Assembly (NCBI GenBank): GCA_963674705.1
Contig: OY771506.1
Location: forward strand, 2,176,001 to 2,240,000
DNA from: Phycisphaeraceae bacterium
GTDB taxonomy: Bacteria > Planctomycetota > Phycisphaerae > Phycisphaerales > Phycisphaeraceae
Direction of reading: 5' to 3'
DNA: 64,000 bases
A program made the position numbers and the translations under genes. Every line of letters starts with the position of its first letter. Within the stretch, counting starts at the first letter, position 1. The notes beneath the pieces were generated by a model that was given only the letters and a program-made list of their open reading frames with translations, was not told the DNA's origin and made no database searches. Of this stretch, positions 46,942-57,414 are shown one piece after another.

Positions 46942-47415
46942 TCAATGCTCGGCCGGTGGATCCTCAAATTCACCCACCAGGTCGAGTTGCACGCGGTTGA
47001 CCTTGAAACCCGTGCGGGTTTGCAGCTCAGTAAGCAGGTTGTCGGGGATATGTTCGAGGATGCGTTTACCCAGATCATCGGGCACATCGGTGATCTGCCC
47101 TGTCCTGTCGCATCGCAGGTGCAGGTGGTCTTCACGTCCGGCGTCATACCGTGTTGACCCGTTGCCGCAGCAGCCCGTGATCTTGAATGCCAATCCGGCA
47201 TTGCACAGCGCTTCGAGCGTGTTGTACACCGTCGCCAGGCTCAGTTTGTCGTCCCTAGCCTTGACCATCTTGTACAGTTCGTCGGCCGTCGGATGCGAGT
47301 GGCACGACGATAACGCGCGATAAATCGCTCGGCGTTGTCGGGTGCAACGTAGGCCGTGTTCCGCGAATGCTGCTTGCAGGTTTTCTGACATGTCTGAGTG
47401 GTGATTCGCAGTCAT
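46942..47415 (-). CDS. Fur family transcriptional repressor (PerR/Irr-like)
   Basis: GLRCTRQR, HPTADELY, SLATVYNTL, RYD and HLHLRC. Confidence 0.9.
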   Translation of the reverse strand: MTANHHSDMSENLQAAFAEHGLRCTRQRRAIYRALSSCHSHPTADELYKMVKARDDKLSLATVYNTLEALCNAGLAFKITGCCGNGSTRYDAGREDHLHLRCDRTGQITDVPDDLGKRILEHIPDNLLTELQTRTGFKVNRVQLDLVGEFEDPPAEH

Positions 47416-47608
47416 GGGTCAAAAAGATCCGGTCCGCAGGGCCCGCCAGAATAGGTCCAGGCAACCAGCGTAGGACTAAACAATAAGGCCTGAACCCGTC
47501 CGGGTCCAGTCATATCATCCTATTTATATTCGATTTATCATACCGGCGGCTTTTAACCGCTCCTACGCGGGTTTTACGACAACCCCAACCCGCGTACACT
47601 ACCGGCCT

Positions 47609-48694
47609 ATGGCCAAGAAAAAACGCCCGTCTACCGGCCTCACCTACGCCCAATCCGGGGTCGATATCGACGCCGGCGACCGCACCGTTGACCTCATCAA
47701 GAGCCACCTGCGACGCACATACAACCCCCGCGTCCTCGGCCGACACGGCGCTTTCGCCGGCTGCTTCCGCCTGGACTACAACGAACGGCTGTTTAAACGC
47801 AACTATAAAGACCCCGTCCTCGTCGCCTGCACCGACGGCGTCGGTACCAAGGTCCTGCTGGCTGTCCGGATGGGCATCCACGACACGATCGGCCAGGACT
47901 GCGTCGCCATGAACGTCAACGACATGATCGTTCAGGGGGCCGAGCCGCTGTTCTTCCTGGATTACGTCGGTGTCCACAAGGTCGTGCCCGAACACATGGA
48001 GCAGATCGTTAAGGGGGTTGCCGACGGCTGCCAGCTCGCCGGTTGCGCCCTGATCGGCGGCGAAACCGCAGAGATGCCCGATGTCTATAAAGAAGGGGAC
48101 TACGACCTGGCAGGTTTTGCCGTCGGCGTCTGCGAACTGAAGCGCGTCATCGACGGTGAACGCGTTGAGGTCGGCGACGTCATCCTCGGCCTGACCTCCA
48201 GCGGCATCCATTCCAACGGCTACTCCCTCGTCCGCGCCATCATCGACAAAGCCAAACTCGACCTCGATAAACCCTACCCCGAGCTCGAAGACGACCGCCC
48301 GCTTGGCGAAGTGCTGCTCGAACCGACCCGCATCTATGCCAAGCAGATCGTCAGCGTCCTGCGCAGCTACAAACGTAAACGCCCGATCGGCGGCATGGCT
48401 CACATCACCGGCGGCGGCCTGCCCGGCAACGTCAATCGCGCCCTGCACAGCGCCGTCGACGCCAAGATCAGCCGAAAAACCTGGGGTATCCCGCCGCTTT
48501 TCAAATTCCTGCAACGTCACGGCAACGTCGAAGACGAGGAGATGCTCCGCGTCTTCAACATGGGCGTCGGTTACACGATGATCGTCCGCCCACACTTCGC
48601 GGATGCCATCATGGAAAAGCTCACCAAGCAGGGCGAACAGCCTTTCATTCTGGGCAAGATCACCAAGGGCACCGGACGGGTGGTGATCCAGTAA
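47609..48694 (+). CDS. purM: Phosphoribosylformylglycinamidine cyclo-ligase (AIR synthetase)
   Basis: YAQSGVDI, TDGVGTK, AMNVND, GAEPLFFLDY, GGETAEMP, SSGIHSNGYSL, AHITGGG and FNMGVG. Confidence 0.96.
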   Translation: MAKKKRPSTGLTYAQSGVDIDAGDRTVDLIKSHLRRTYNPRVLGRHGAFAGCFRLDYNERLFKRNYKDPVLVACTDGVGTKVLLAVRMGIHDTIGQDCVAMNVNDMIVQGAEPLFFLDYVGVHKVVPEHMEQIVKGVADGCQLAGCALIGGETAEMPDVYKEGDYDLAGFAVGVCELKRVIDGERVEVGDVILGLTSSGIHSNGYSLVRAIIDKAKLDLDKPYPELEDDRPLGEVLLEPTRIYAKQIVSVLRSYKRKRPIGGMAHITGGGLPGNVNRALHSAVDAKISRKTWGIPPLFKFLQRHGNVEDEEMLRVFNMGVGYTMIVRPHFADAIMEKLTKQGEQPFILGKITKGTGRVVIQ

Positions 48695-48962
48695 ATCTCT
48701 GTTGATGGACATTGCTAGTGCCAGTCGGGGGACCCGATGCCAGCAGATGTTTCCAGCTTTGTCGTGTGGCTAAATATCGACCCTGTAAACGCTAACGGGC
48801 CGGGAAGTCCTCGATTTGCCACGTGTGTGTTGCGTGGACGCATCATCCGGCCTGAAGCGGCGGCCATAGTTACAGGCGACTTCCCAATTCTTAAATTATA
48901 TCTATAATATTATTATGTGTTTATGTAATCTTGTCGGATTTCTGGCACATGCCTCAATCGAC

Positions 48963-48978
48963 TGGCAAGCCCCTTGTA
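48963..48978 (+). promoter_or_regulatory. Possible sigma-54 -24/-12 promoter
   Basis: TGGCAAG-CCCC-TTGTA against consensus TGGCACG-N4-TTGCW; correct spacing, but GT instead of GC at -12. AT-rich tract upstream. Confidence 0.3.
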
Positions 48979-49032
48979 TTAAGTGTGGCGTCTCACCCAA
49001 TGATGGGTTCGTGACGGAAAAGGAGTACAGCC

Positions 49033-49302
49033 ATGGATGAGAAGGCATTCCAAGCCAAACTGACCGAACTGATGGGTGAGATCTCGACCCTGCCCAAGGC
49101 CGAACGCGAAAAGCTGGAACAAATAGCCCAGCAAACCAAGGAGCGGCACCAGAAGCTGAAAAAGACCGTAGGTGACCTCCAGGAATCGCTCGATTACTTG
49201 CGTCTGTCGATCAAGTATCTCGTATTCGACCTGGAAGCCACCCGCCGGGAAAACCGCTACCTCCGCAAAATGCTCGAAGAAGACAACACCGGCCGAGATT
49301 AA
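49033..49302 (+). CDS. Small coiled-coil hypothetical protein
   Basis: 89 aa with an AAGGAG RBS, heptad pattern (LDYLRLSIKYLVFDLEATRRENRYLRKMLEE) and its own terminator. Confidence 0.8.
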   Translation: MDEKAFQAKLTELMGEISTLPKAEREKLEQIAQQTKERHQKLKKTVGDLQESLDYLRLSIKYLVFDLEATRRENRYLRKMLEEDNTGRD

Positions 49303-49383
49303 GCCACAGGCCTCTAGCTTACGAAACAGACCCGATCCTAACCGGGGAAAAACCACTGGTTACTCCAACCAGACCCTTGCTCG

Positions 49384-49417
49384 ACAGACGCCCCTTAAAC
49401 CAGGGCGTCTGTTTTTT
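49384..49417 (+). terminator. Rho-independent terminator
   Basis: ACAGACGCCC-loop-GGGCGTCTGT followed by a T run. Confidence 0.7.
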
Positions 49418-49420
49418 ATA

Positions 49421-49695
49421 TGGGGTCTGGGGTCAGGTGCTTAGGGACTGGGGATTAGTCCAAAAAAGCCGCTTGCGGCTTAGCGCGATAGCATGGCGAG
49501 CTATTAGCCATTAGCCTTTAACCATACAATCCGTCCGATCCACGATCCTCTGTCTCCTATTCTCCTGAGCTACACTCTCCTGCTCTATCCGGCCCGCCTC
49601 TCCGCTGCGCTCAGGACCGGCGCTGGGGGACAAGCCATTAGCCATTTGCGATTAGCAATACAATTCCCACACCCCACGCCCGATCCAAAACCCGC
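49421..49695. repeat. Patchwork of degenerate heptamer tandem repeats and a short palindrome
   Basis: TGGGGTC-like units (49421-49458); AAGCCGCTTGCGGCTT palindrome; two AGCCATT-unit arrays ending in ATACAAT (49499-49530 and 49633-49664). Confidence 0.6.
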
Positions 49696-49751
49696 TATCA
49701 TGTCCCTGTCCGACGATTAACCCCTGTTATGACTTAAAGCGAGATTCACGG

Positions 49752-50438
49752 ATGAATAGGCAGGACCTTCCCCACGACTTCACGATGTCCACTCCCCCCG
49801 GCTTCCAGGCCGCGATGCAGGCGATGACCCACGCCGGGCACTACTACCCCAACCCGCAGCTCGCCCCGCCGGCAATGCAACGCTACCGCGAGATGACCAT
49901 CGATGAGATGCTCCTGGAGAATCGGGTCATCTTCCTCGTCGGTGAGATCAACCACGCCAGCGCCACCGGCATCATCATGCGACTGCTGCACTTGGAAAAC
50001 ACCAAGCCCGGCGTCGATATCAGCCTCTACATCAACTCCCCCGGCGGGGCTGTCGATGACACCCTCGCCATCTACGACACAATGAACCACATCAGTTCCG
50101 AGGTCTCCACCGTCTGCGTCGGCAAGGCGATGAGCGGCGGCGCCCTGGTTCTTGCGGCCGGCGAAAAAGGCAAACGATACTGCCTGCCCCACGCCAAGGT
50201 CATGATCCACCAGCCCTACGGCGGGATCTACGGCCAGACCACCGATGTCGCCATCCAGGCCGAGGAAATCCTCAAGACCAAGAAACAGCTCAACGAAATC
50301 CTTGCCGAACGCACCGGCCAGGATGTCGCTCGCATCGAAGAAGACTCCGAGCGCGACAAGTTCTTCAGCGCCCAGGAAGCCAAGGACTACGGCCTGGTCG
50401 ATGATGTCGTCGTGAAGAATGAAGAAGCGAACAAGTAA
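49752..50438 (+). CDS. clpP: ATP-dependent Clp protease proteolytic subunit
   Basis: LLENRVIFL, LYINSPGG, GKAMSGG (Ser), VMIHQP (His) and ERDKF (Asp). Exact start uncertain. Confidence 0.93.
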   Translation: MNRQDLPHDFTMSTPPGFQAAMQAMTHAGHYYPNPQLAPPAMQRYREMTIDEMLLENRVIFLVGEINHASATGIIMRLLHLENTKPGVDISLYINSPGGAVDDTLAIYDTMNHISSEVSTVCVGKAMSGGALVLAAGEKGKRYCLPHAKVMIHQPYGGIYGQTTDVAIQAEEILKTKKQLNEILAERTGQDVARIEEDSERDKFFSAQEAKDYGLVDDVVVKNEEANK

Positions 50439-50493
50439 GCTTGCACTACGTGTCGGTGTGTTTTTCATTCAGCGTGCACAAGAATCATTACTC

Positions 50494-50523
50494 AAGGCCA
50501 CGATCGTTTGATCGTGGCCTTTG
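50494..50523 (+). terminator. Rho-independent terminator
   Basis: AAGGCCACGATC-GTTT-GATCGTGGCCTT. Confidence 0.6.
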
Positions 50524-50819
50524 TTAATCTCGGTAATGTAGGTCATCTTTATTCATCACTATCATGTCACTCACTAAATGAACACATTGGTGCGGTTAAC
50601 ATGGAACTCACAAGATAGCAATGGCTTTTGTGTGTTTTAGGCTATTTTTTATTTGAGTTCATTCCCGTCTCACAGTATTCTAGAAAAGTTAGTTTGTATT
50701 TATTGAACAAGAGGCGGGTCCGGTTGTTTCAACGTGTGATGTACTTGTCGATCAGTTCGGCCGTGGCGGACAACAAGACCTAACCAATTAACTTGCCATG
50801 ATCTGAAAGGATTACTCTT

Positions 50820-53012
50820 ATGCTGCGCCGGAACTGTTATCAAGCGGTTGTGTCACTGTCGCTCATTCTGGGTGTGGCGATGACCGCACATGCACAGGAC
50901 GCTTTCTACACCTTCACCTCAGCCACGGACGGCATCAGTTGGCCCGCCTCTCCGACCGGATTGTTGAATTACGATTCTTTCTGGGCGGATGACACCCTGG
51001 GCGGTTACAACCGATTCGACAACTACACTGAAAACAGCGTCTTTTTCGATAGCCAATACCAGGCTGCCGGTAACAGCAGCTTGATCGATAGCGACGCCAT
51101 GTGGGGCAACCCGATCGATAACTACGGCTACGCAAGCATCGACGTCGATTTCGGCGACGACTGGAACACGATGGCCGACACAGTTGCATTTGATATCGCC
51201 CTGGCGATGACCGGACAAGACGCGCCGGACTATATCAGCATCGACTTTTATGACAATTTTGAGAACTACGCCTCAGAAACATACAGCCTCAATGAAGTGT
51301 TCAACGCGGGTAGCGCCTTCGGCGGATTCAATGGTTACGCCGGGCACATCAGCGTCAGCGCTGCCAACCTCATCGGCTACAACGGCTCGCTGGCCGGCAT
51401 CACGGGTATGTCCATCAACCTCTCTGACATCGTTACCCCGGGCGGCACATCGGAGTTCGCCATCGATAACTTCGAGGTTAACGGCGATGGCGTCGATCCC
51501 GGACTCGATCCGGAAAACTCCGAAGTCGTATTCAATACGAGCGGCGTCGCCACCAACATGATCCGTAACAAATACGACTTCACCTTCGGCTATGTCGATG
51601 TTGAAAATATCGGTACCGGCGGCACGACCTATAGCGTTACCCTCGATCCCTCGTCCGATCCTGAATTCGTCGTCGCCACACCCGCGACCAACCAGATCAT
51701 CGCAGGCGGCGTGACGATCACGAACGGCTCGGACAATATCGCCACCATTTCCCAATCGACTCTCTCCGGCGATTACCAGGCCAGCGCGACATTGACCAAT
51801 GACCTCAATCCGCTGGATGCCGACGACCAGGTGACCTACGACATTACAGTCTTCGATCCACCTTCGACAACCGACGACTCAGGCTCGACCGTCCAGGTGG
51901 ATGTGGACCCGATCATCTATATCGAGAATGCCGCCGCCGGCCCTCACGCCGGGGCTCGCCGCGCGAGTGTTGAAGTGACCAATCGTTCCTTCCCCGCCGA
52001 CGGATTTTCCGTGGACGGGCTTTACGTCGGCGACCGGTCCGATGCGGGTGAGACCGAGACCGCGACCGTGATGTTTGATCGTTACGGCCGGGTCAACGGC
52101 ACCTACACCGGCTACTTTGCGGTCAGCTTGAAGATGGCCGATCCCAACCGCAGCTACCTGAACGGTGCGTCGCCCGTGCCCGACATCACCTGGAACCTGG
52201 CATATGACCTTGGCACGATCAGCAGCGACAACGCTTCGGTGAGTGTGAGTGATCCGCTTGGGCCGAGTGTCGTGGGTGTGAACGATGCGGCGACGGCGGC
52301 GACGATTTTGGACGGGCAGAGCAACGCGAATCAGACGGTTTCGATGGCGCTGACGAGCGACCCAGGCAGCAACGCGGACCTGGCGGGTACGCCGGTAGAC
52401 CTGATGTTCTCCGGCGGCAGCGCGCAGGGCCCCTACGTGCTGCAGTTCACATACCTGGACGGCAACATCCCCGGCGGCGTCAGCGAGTCGGACCTTAAGG
52501 TGCTCTTCTACGACACGCTGGCCGGCGAATGGGCGGCAGCAGTTGACGGCAACAGCGGCGGTAGCGCCACGTTCTACAACGGATCGTATAACAGCTATCT
52601 GATGTTCGTCGGCGGGGGCGTGCTGGACGCCGGTGACCTCGGCGTCTTCGGTGTGGATACCTTCAACAACAAAGCCTGGGCGATCATCGATCACGCCAGC
52701 ATCTTCGCGGTGGGCGTGCTCTCATCCGGTTCGCTCCCCGGCGATCTTAACGGCGATGGTTTCGTCGGACTCGACGACCTGGACATCATCCTCAGCAACT
52801 GGAATCAGACCGTCCCGCCCGGCAATCCTTTAGCGGACGTATCCGGCCCCGGCGGTACACCCGATGGTTATGTCGGTTTAGACGATCTGGATGTTGTGCT
52901 GTCTAACTGGAACAACGGCACGCCTCCAAGTCATTTATCAAACATCCCTGAGCCAACAACATTCGCATTGATCGGATCGGGCGCACTTTTATTGTTGCGC
53001 CGTACACATTGA
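50820..53012 (+). CDS. Secreted PEP-CTERM protein with a dockerin-like repeat
   Basis: Signal peptide (AHA-Q); FGVDTFNNKAWAIIDHASIFAV segment; GDLNGDGFVGLDDLD twice; IPEPTTFALIGSGALLLLRR. Confidence 0.88.
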   Translation: MLRRNCYQAVVSLSLILGVAMTAHAQDAFYTFTSATDGISWPASPTGLLNYDSFWADDTLGGYNRFDNYTENSVFFDSQYQAAGNSSLIDSDAMWGNPIDNYGYASIDVDFGDDWNTMADTVAFDIALAMTGQDAPDYISIDFYDNFENYASETYSLNEVFNAGSAFGGFNGYAGHISVSAANLIGYNGSLAGITGMSINLSDIVTPGGTSEFAIDNFEVNGDGVDPGLDPENSEVVFNTSGVATNMIRNKYDFTFGYVDVENIGTGGTTYSVTLDPSSDPEFVVATPATNQIIAGGVTITNGSDNIATISQSTLSGDYQASATLTNDLNPLDADDQVTYDITVFDPPSTTDDSGSTVQVDVDPIIYIENAAAGPHAGARRASVEVTNRSFPADGFSVDGLYVGDRSDAGETETATVMFDRYGRVNGTYTGYFAVSLKMADPNRSYLNGASPVPDITWNLAYDLGTISSDNASVSVSDPLGPSVVGVNDAATAATILDGQSNANQTVSMALTSDPGSNADLAGTPVDLMFSGGSAQGPYVLQFTYLDGNIPGGVSESDLKVLFYDTLAGEWAAAVDGNSGGSATFYNGSYNSYLMFVGGGVLDAGDLGVFGVDTFNNKAWAIIDHASIFAVGVLSSGSLPGDLNGDGFVGLDDLDIILSNWNQTVPPGNPLADVSGPGGTPDGYVGLDDLDVVLSNWNNGTPPSHLSNIPEPTTFALIGSGALLLLRRTH

Positions 53013-53409
53013 TAAATGTGATGCATGTATAACAGTAGAGATGAACATCTATACAATTGTTCGAACGTTAAGATTCTATATTTTTGTTAACAATAATAGA
53101 AATTACTTGTTCAAATCTTGACGTATTGTTATACTCGCAGTCCAGCAAAATGAGGGCGGATCTCATTTTTATTTTCGTGTGATGAGTGTCACCGCTTTCG
53201 TGCGCTAATACACGCGCATGTATTCGCGGTCTTGGTGTGCGCAGGTTTTACGCACGCTTCAACTTGTCCTTGAAAATCGGTCAGGAGCTTCAGCAACAAA
53301 ACTAATTTGTCATACGGCTATGTGTTGCGCCGAACCGTCGCACATGGACGCCGTCCTTTTTCGTTTGGAACTTAGAGCGAATCACTTAACTTAGATCAGG
53401 AGCGGATTC

Positions 53410-56400
53410 ATGAAGGATCAGAAATGTACACCGAAGATGACTCGGTGGGGGATCAATCTATCGTTCTTAGCCGTCGCCATGTGCGCCACGACACCTGCGG
53501 TGGCGGTCGATTGGGACGACGCCGGCGGCTCAGCCAGCAAACTGTGGTCGGACTTCGGCAACTGGAATCCCGACGGCAGCCCCAGCGGACAGGCCGTGAA
53601 CATCGGTAACCTCGCCGGCGCAGCCAACGACACCACCATCTTCGATGGCGGTTACCAGATCTCCTCGCTGACCATCACCAACGGCGCCGATGTCGTCAAC
53701 AGCACCGACAATGGCGCTACCGACGATTTTGAACTCGTCGTCAACGGCGACACCACCGTCAGCGGCTCCGGCAGCTCGATTATCATTTACGGCGGTGATC
53801 CCGACGGTCTCGACACCAATAACCTCACCATCAACAGCGGCGCAAGCGTGATTATCAACTCCACCACCGCGCAAGGCACCGCGGTTATCGAAGTGGACGG
53901 CGGTTCCGGCACCGGTCTGCTCGATATCAACTCCGGCGGCACCCTCATCGGCACCGGCCGAATCGATCTCGAAGCCGCCCCCGTTTCCGCAACAAACCTG
54001 ATTTCCAACGACGGCACGATCACGGCCAACACCACGCCTCTCATCTTCGGGTTCGCTCCCGCTGCCGGCACGCTGCAGATCACGGCTTTAAGCACTAACG
54101 CACGATTCGACTGGGACGGCAGCAGCGGTAACGGCGTACTTAACGTCAACGGCAACCAGACCCTCGACGTTGATGTCGATACGGGGACTGATGCCTTCAG
54201 CGGCACGATGAACCTCTCCACCGGCTCGTCGCTTGATATGGCTAACGGTTGGAGCATGGATACCGGAACCATCAACGCCAACACCCCAGCGTTCGGTCTG
54301 ATCATCATCGGTCAGGACCCGAACCCCGGACCGGCCGCCGTCATCAAGGGAAGCAACTGGACCATGACCGGCGGTACCATCAACGTCGACGATGCATGGG
54401 ATACACTGCAGCTTGATACCCAACTCGTCGCCTCCGGCGGAACCATCAACAACAACGGCACGATGGTCTTCAACGGTGGCGCAACCCTCCAGAGCGGTGT
54501 CGACTTCAACATGAATAGCAACGACTCCTCGCTCGTGGTTAATTCCACCGTCAACATCGATACCCCCGATTTTAATCTTGATGGCAACGAGGCCGCCGGC
54601 AACGTCACCACCATCAACGCCGGTGGCAACCTTGACATCGACGCCGGCGCAGGCGCTGACCTCAGCTTCGGACACACCATCAATATGAACGGCGGCGAAC
54701 TGGATGTGACCTCCACCACCGCCACCAACTGGGCGCTGAATTCCTTGGGCAGCCTGAACGTCGCAGGCAATGCGACCTCCACCATCAACAGCTCGGGGCT
54801 GCCTTTCCAGATCTCCGGCAACGTCAAAGTTGCCGATACGTCACTGCTGAACGTCAACTCTACCGCAGAGTTCTATAGCGCGGTCGATGTTGTCATCGAC
54901 GCCGGCAGCACACTCAACATGGCAACTGCTACTTATAACGGCGGTAACTACACCGGCAGCGGCATCTTCCGTCCCGGTGTCTCCACCATTGCTACCAGCA
55001 CGACATGGGGTGTCAGTATTGTCGACTTCGATGACGGCAACACCACTGTCAGCAACGGCGCAACACTCACTATCAACGCCGACAGCATCGAGGATGCCGG
55101 CGACGGCATCGATGGTACCACCACCATCGAAGACACCGGCCTGATCCAGTTCAACCTCACCGGCGGCGCCGACGTCATCTTCGACGCCGACCTGACCTAT
55201 AACGGCGATACAATCAGCAGCAACTTCATCCTGCAGTCAACAACAGGCTCCGCCATCCACTTCCAGGGCAATGTCGCCGACCTCAACATCAACGGCGACG
55301 GCGGTTCACTCGAACGCCTCATCTTTTCGGGCGGCTCTCGCCTTAATATCAACGACGTCGCCGAAGACTTCCGCTTAGGTGGCGGTTCGCTTACCGCCGG
55401 CAGCACCAACGAAATCGACGGCAGCACCATCAATGGCCCCGGTACACTCCAGGCCAGCACCGGCCGTGCCCTCCGCGGTAACGGCACGATCAACGCCCCG
55501 ATCGACTTCGACGGTACCGCCCAACTCATCGCCACCGGTGGGACGCTCATCGTTAACGGCGCACTCGTCGATGTCGGCACACTCGGCACCAGCGGCGGCT
55601 CTGCTGTCCTCAACGTGACGAATACCTGGAACACCAACGTGACCACTACCGTCTTGCTGCAAGGCGGATCTATCATCGGCTCGACCATCACAAACGATGG
55701 GGCCGATGGTATCAACGGCAACGGCACCGTCTCCGCTCGCATCATCAACAACTCCGTCGTCGATGCCGAAGGCGGCAATCTGACAATCAACAATACCACT
55801 AACGACTGGGACGGCTCAACCAACACCGGTTTGCTACGAGCCATCACCGGCGACCTCCAACTGATCGACAACGCCGCGTTCATCTTCCAAGGCACCGTCG
55901 AAGTAAACAATGGCCGACAGGTCTTCGCCAACGGCTTCGAGCTTGAATTCGATCCGGGCTCCCGCCTGCTGCTGCACGGCGGCACCTACCGCTCCACCAA
56001 CGCGACCGACATCGGCGGTATCGTGACCGTGGACACCGCGGCCAGCACCATCCAGAACGGTGGTACCACCATCTTCGAATCCACCAGCAGCACGACGCTC
56101 AACGCGAACCTGCTGCTGAACAACCCCACGACCCGTGTCCAGTCCGGGGCAAGCTTCTCCGGCGGTTCGACACTCATCAATGCTCAGAACCGAGCGTTGG
56201 TGATCGAAGACGGCGCCGATATCGATGTACTGATTCAAAACCGCGGTACGCTTGAATCCGGTTTGGTACTCGGTCAGAGTTCCGGTCTGGACTTCGAGCA
56301 GACCGTTGCCGGTACGTGGAACGTCGATCTCAACGGCACCGGTCTCAACGATTACGACCGCATGACACTCACCGGCATCGCCTCACTCGCAGGCACGCTG

Positions 56401-56859
56401 GACATCGCAGCGATCGGCGGCTTCGCCCCCTCGCTCGGTGACAGCTTCACCATCCTGCTGGCCAGCAACATCATCGGCACGTTCGATAGCGTGTTAGGTT
56501 CACCCGGTGCGGGCCTTGAATACGATGTCATCTACAACGCCACCAACGTGACGATCGAAGTCGTCAACGCGGTGCTCTTGCCCGGCGACCTCAACAACGA
56601 CGGCTTCGTCGGCCTGGATGACCTGGACATCGTCCTGGCCAACTGGAACCAGTCCGTCCCGCCGGCCGACCCGGCTGCCGACCCCTCCGGCGACAACTTC
56701 GTCGGCCTGGACGACCTGGACATCGTGCTGAACAACTGGAACGCCGGCACGCCCCCGACCAGCAGCGCCGCCGTCCCCGAACCCGGCGCAGCTTTGCTGC
56801 TGGCTTCGATGGGCATTGGTATGGTTGCTCGACGTGGCCGCAAAACCAAAAACAACTGA
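53410..56859 (+). CDS. Secreted beta-helix-like PEP-CTERM protein with a dockerin-like repeat
   Basis: Signal peptide; WSDFGNW; G/T/N-rich beta-strand repeats; GDLNNDGFVGLDDLD twice; VPEPGAALLL...RRGRK. Confidence 0.9.
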   Translation: MKDQKCTPKMTRWGINLSFLAVAMCATTPAVAVDWDDAGGSASKLWSDFGNWNPDGSPSGQAVNIGNLAGAANDTTIFDGGYQISSLTITNGADVVNSTDNGATDDFELVVNGDTTVSGSGSSIIIYGGDPDGLDTNNLTINSGASVIINSTTAQGTAVIEVDGGSGTGLLDINSGGTLIGTGRIDLEAAPVSATNLISNDGTITANTTPLIFGFAPAAGTLQITALSTNARFDWDGSSGNGVLNVNGNQTLDVDVDTGTDAFSGTMNLSTGSSLDMANGWSMDTGTINANTPAFGLIIIGQDPNPGPAAVIKGSNWTMTGGTINVDDAWDTLQLDTQLVASGGTINNNGTMVFNGGATLQSGVDFNMNSNDSSLVVNSTVNIDTPDFNLDGNEAAGNVTTINAGGNLDIDAGAGADLSFGHTINMNGGELDVTSTTATNWALNSLGSLNVAGNATSTINSSGLPFQISGNVKVADTSLLNVNSTAEFYSAVDVVIDAGSTLNMATATYNGGNYTGSGIFRPGVSTIATSTTWGVSIVDFDDGNTTVSNGATLTINADSIEDAGDGIDGTTTIEDTGLIQFNLTGGADVIFDADLTYNGDTISSNFILQSTTGSAIHFQGNVADLNINGDGGSLERLIFSGGSRLNINDVAEDFRLGGGSLTAGSTNEIDGSTINGPGTLQASTGRALRGNGTINAPIDFDGTAQLIATGGTLIVNGALVDVGTLGTSGGSAVLNVTNTWNTNVTTTVLLQGGSIIGSTITNDGADGINGNGTVSARIINNSVVDAEGGNLTINNTTNDWDGSTNTGLLRAITGDLQLIDNAAFIFQGTVEVNNGRQVFANGFELEFDPGSRLLLHGGTYRSTNATDIGGIVTVDTAASTIQNGGTTIFESTSSTTLNANLLLNNPTTRVQSGASFSGGSTLINAQNRALVIEDGADIDVLIQNRGTLESGLVLGQSSGLDFEQTVAGTWNVDLNGTGLNDYDRMTLTGIASLAGTLDIAAIGGFAPSLGDSFTILLASNIIGTFDSVLGSPGAGLEYDVIYNATNVTIEVVNAVLLPGDLNNDGFVGLDDLDIVLANWNQSVPPADPAADPSGDNFVGLDDLDIVLNNWNAGTPPTSSAAVPEPGAALLLASMGIGMVARRGRKTKNN

Positions 56860-56966
56860 GCAGGTAATACGCATGAAGTGTTCATGATGGATCGAATAGC
56901 AAACACAACCTGATTTTGTCGATCAGAACACTTTTAGCCTGAAGTTCAGAAAACACGTTTATACTC

Positions 56967-57020
56967 AGCCGTGACCAGGAGATTACTCACGCCAATCTCC
57001 TGGTTCACGGCTCTTTTTTT
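56967..57020 (+). terminator. Rho-independent terminator
   Basis: AGCCGTGACCAGGAGATT-loop-AATCTCCTGGTTCACGGCT followed by a T run. Confidence 0.7.
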
Positions 57021-57414
57021 ATGTACTTCTTTTTACGATGAAACACATCAAACCAAGCGGTGCTAAGTTTTCCGTCATATCTGTGACGGTATTTTCAAGC
57101 TACGAACAAATGCGCTATGGCCGGGCTGCGAAATACACGGACTGTATTGGCATGTCACTGAAACGTTCATATTCAAGCGATGATCCACTCTCACGAGATA
57201 TTCAATATAAATTTTAGTTTCCTGCGGTCGAAATAGATGGAAAGACTCAGCGCGCTATGTTACGCTCAGTGAGTCAACCGCGGGTCTGCAGACGTCGGTC
57301 TGGGGAGCACCGCGGGCGGGATTGGTTCAGTAATTTGCCGATGACAAGTTTGTTGCTCTCATAAGACACTTCACACACGACGCCCCGCGCCCGCCCAGCG
57401 AAAAGGGGTTCGTC

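Noticed and set aside
47510..48712. 400-aa minus-strand ORF, and similar long antisense ORFs over ald, kdsA, moxR and clpP
   Set aside because: Antisense shadows of well-supported genes, expected with GC-rich codon bias.
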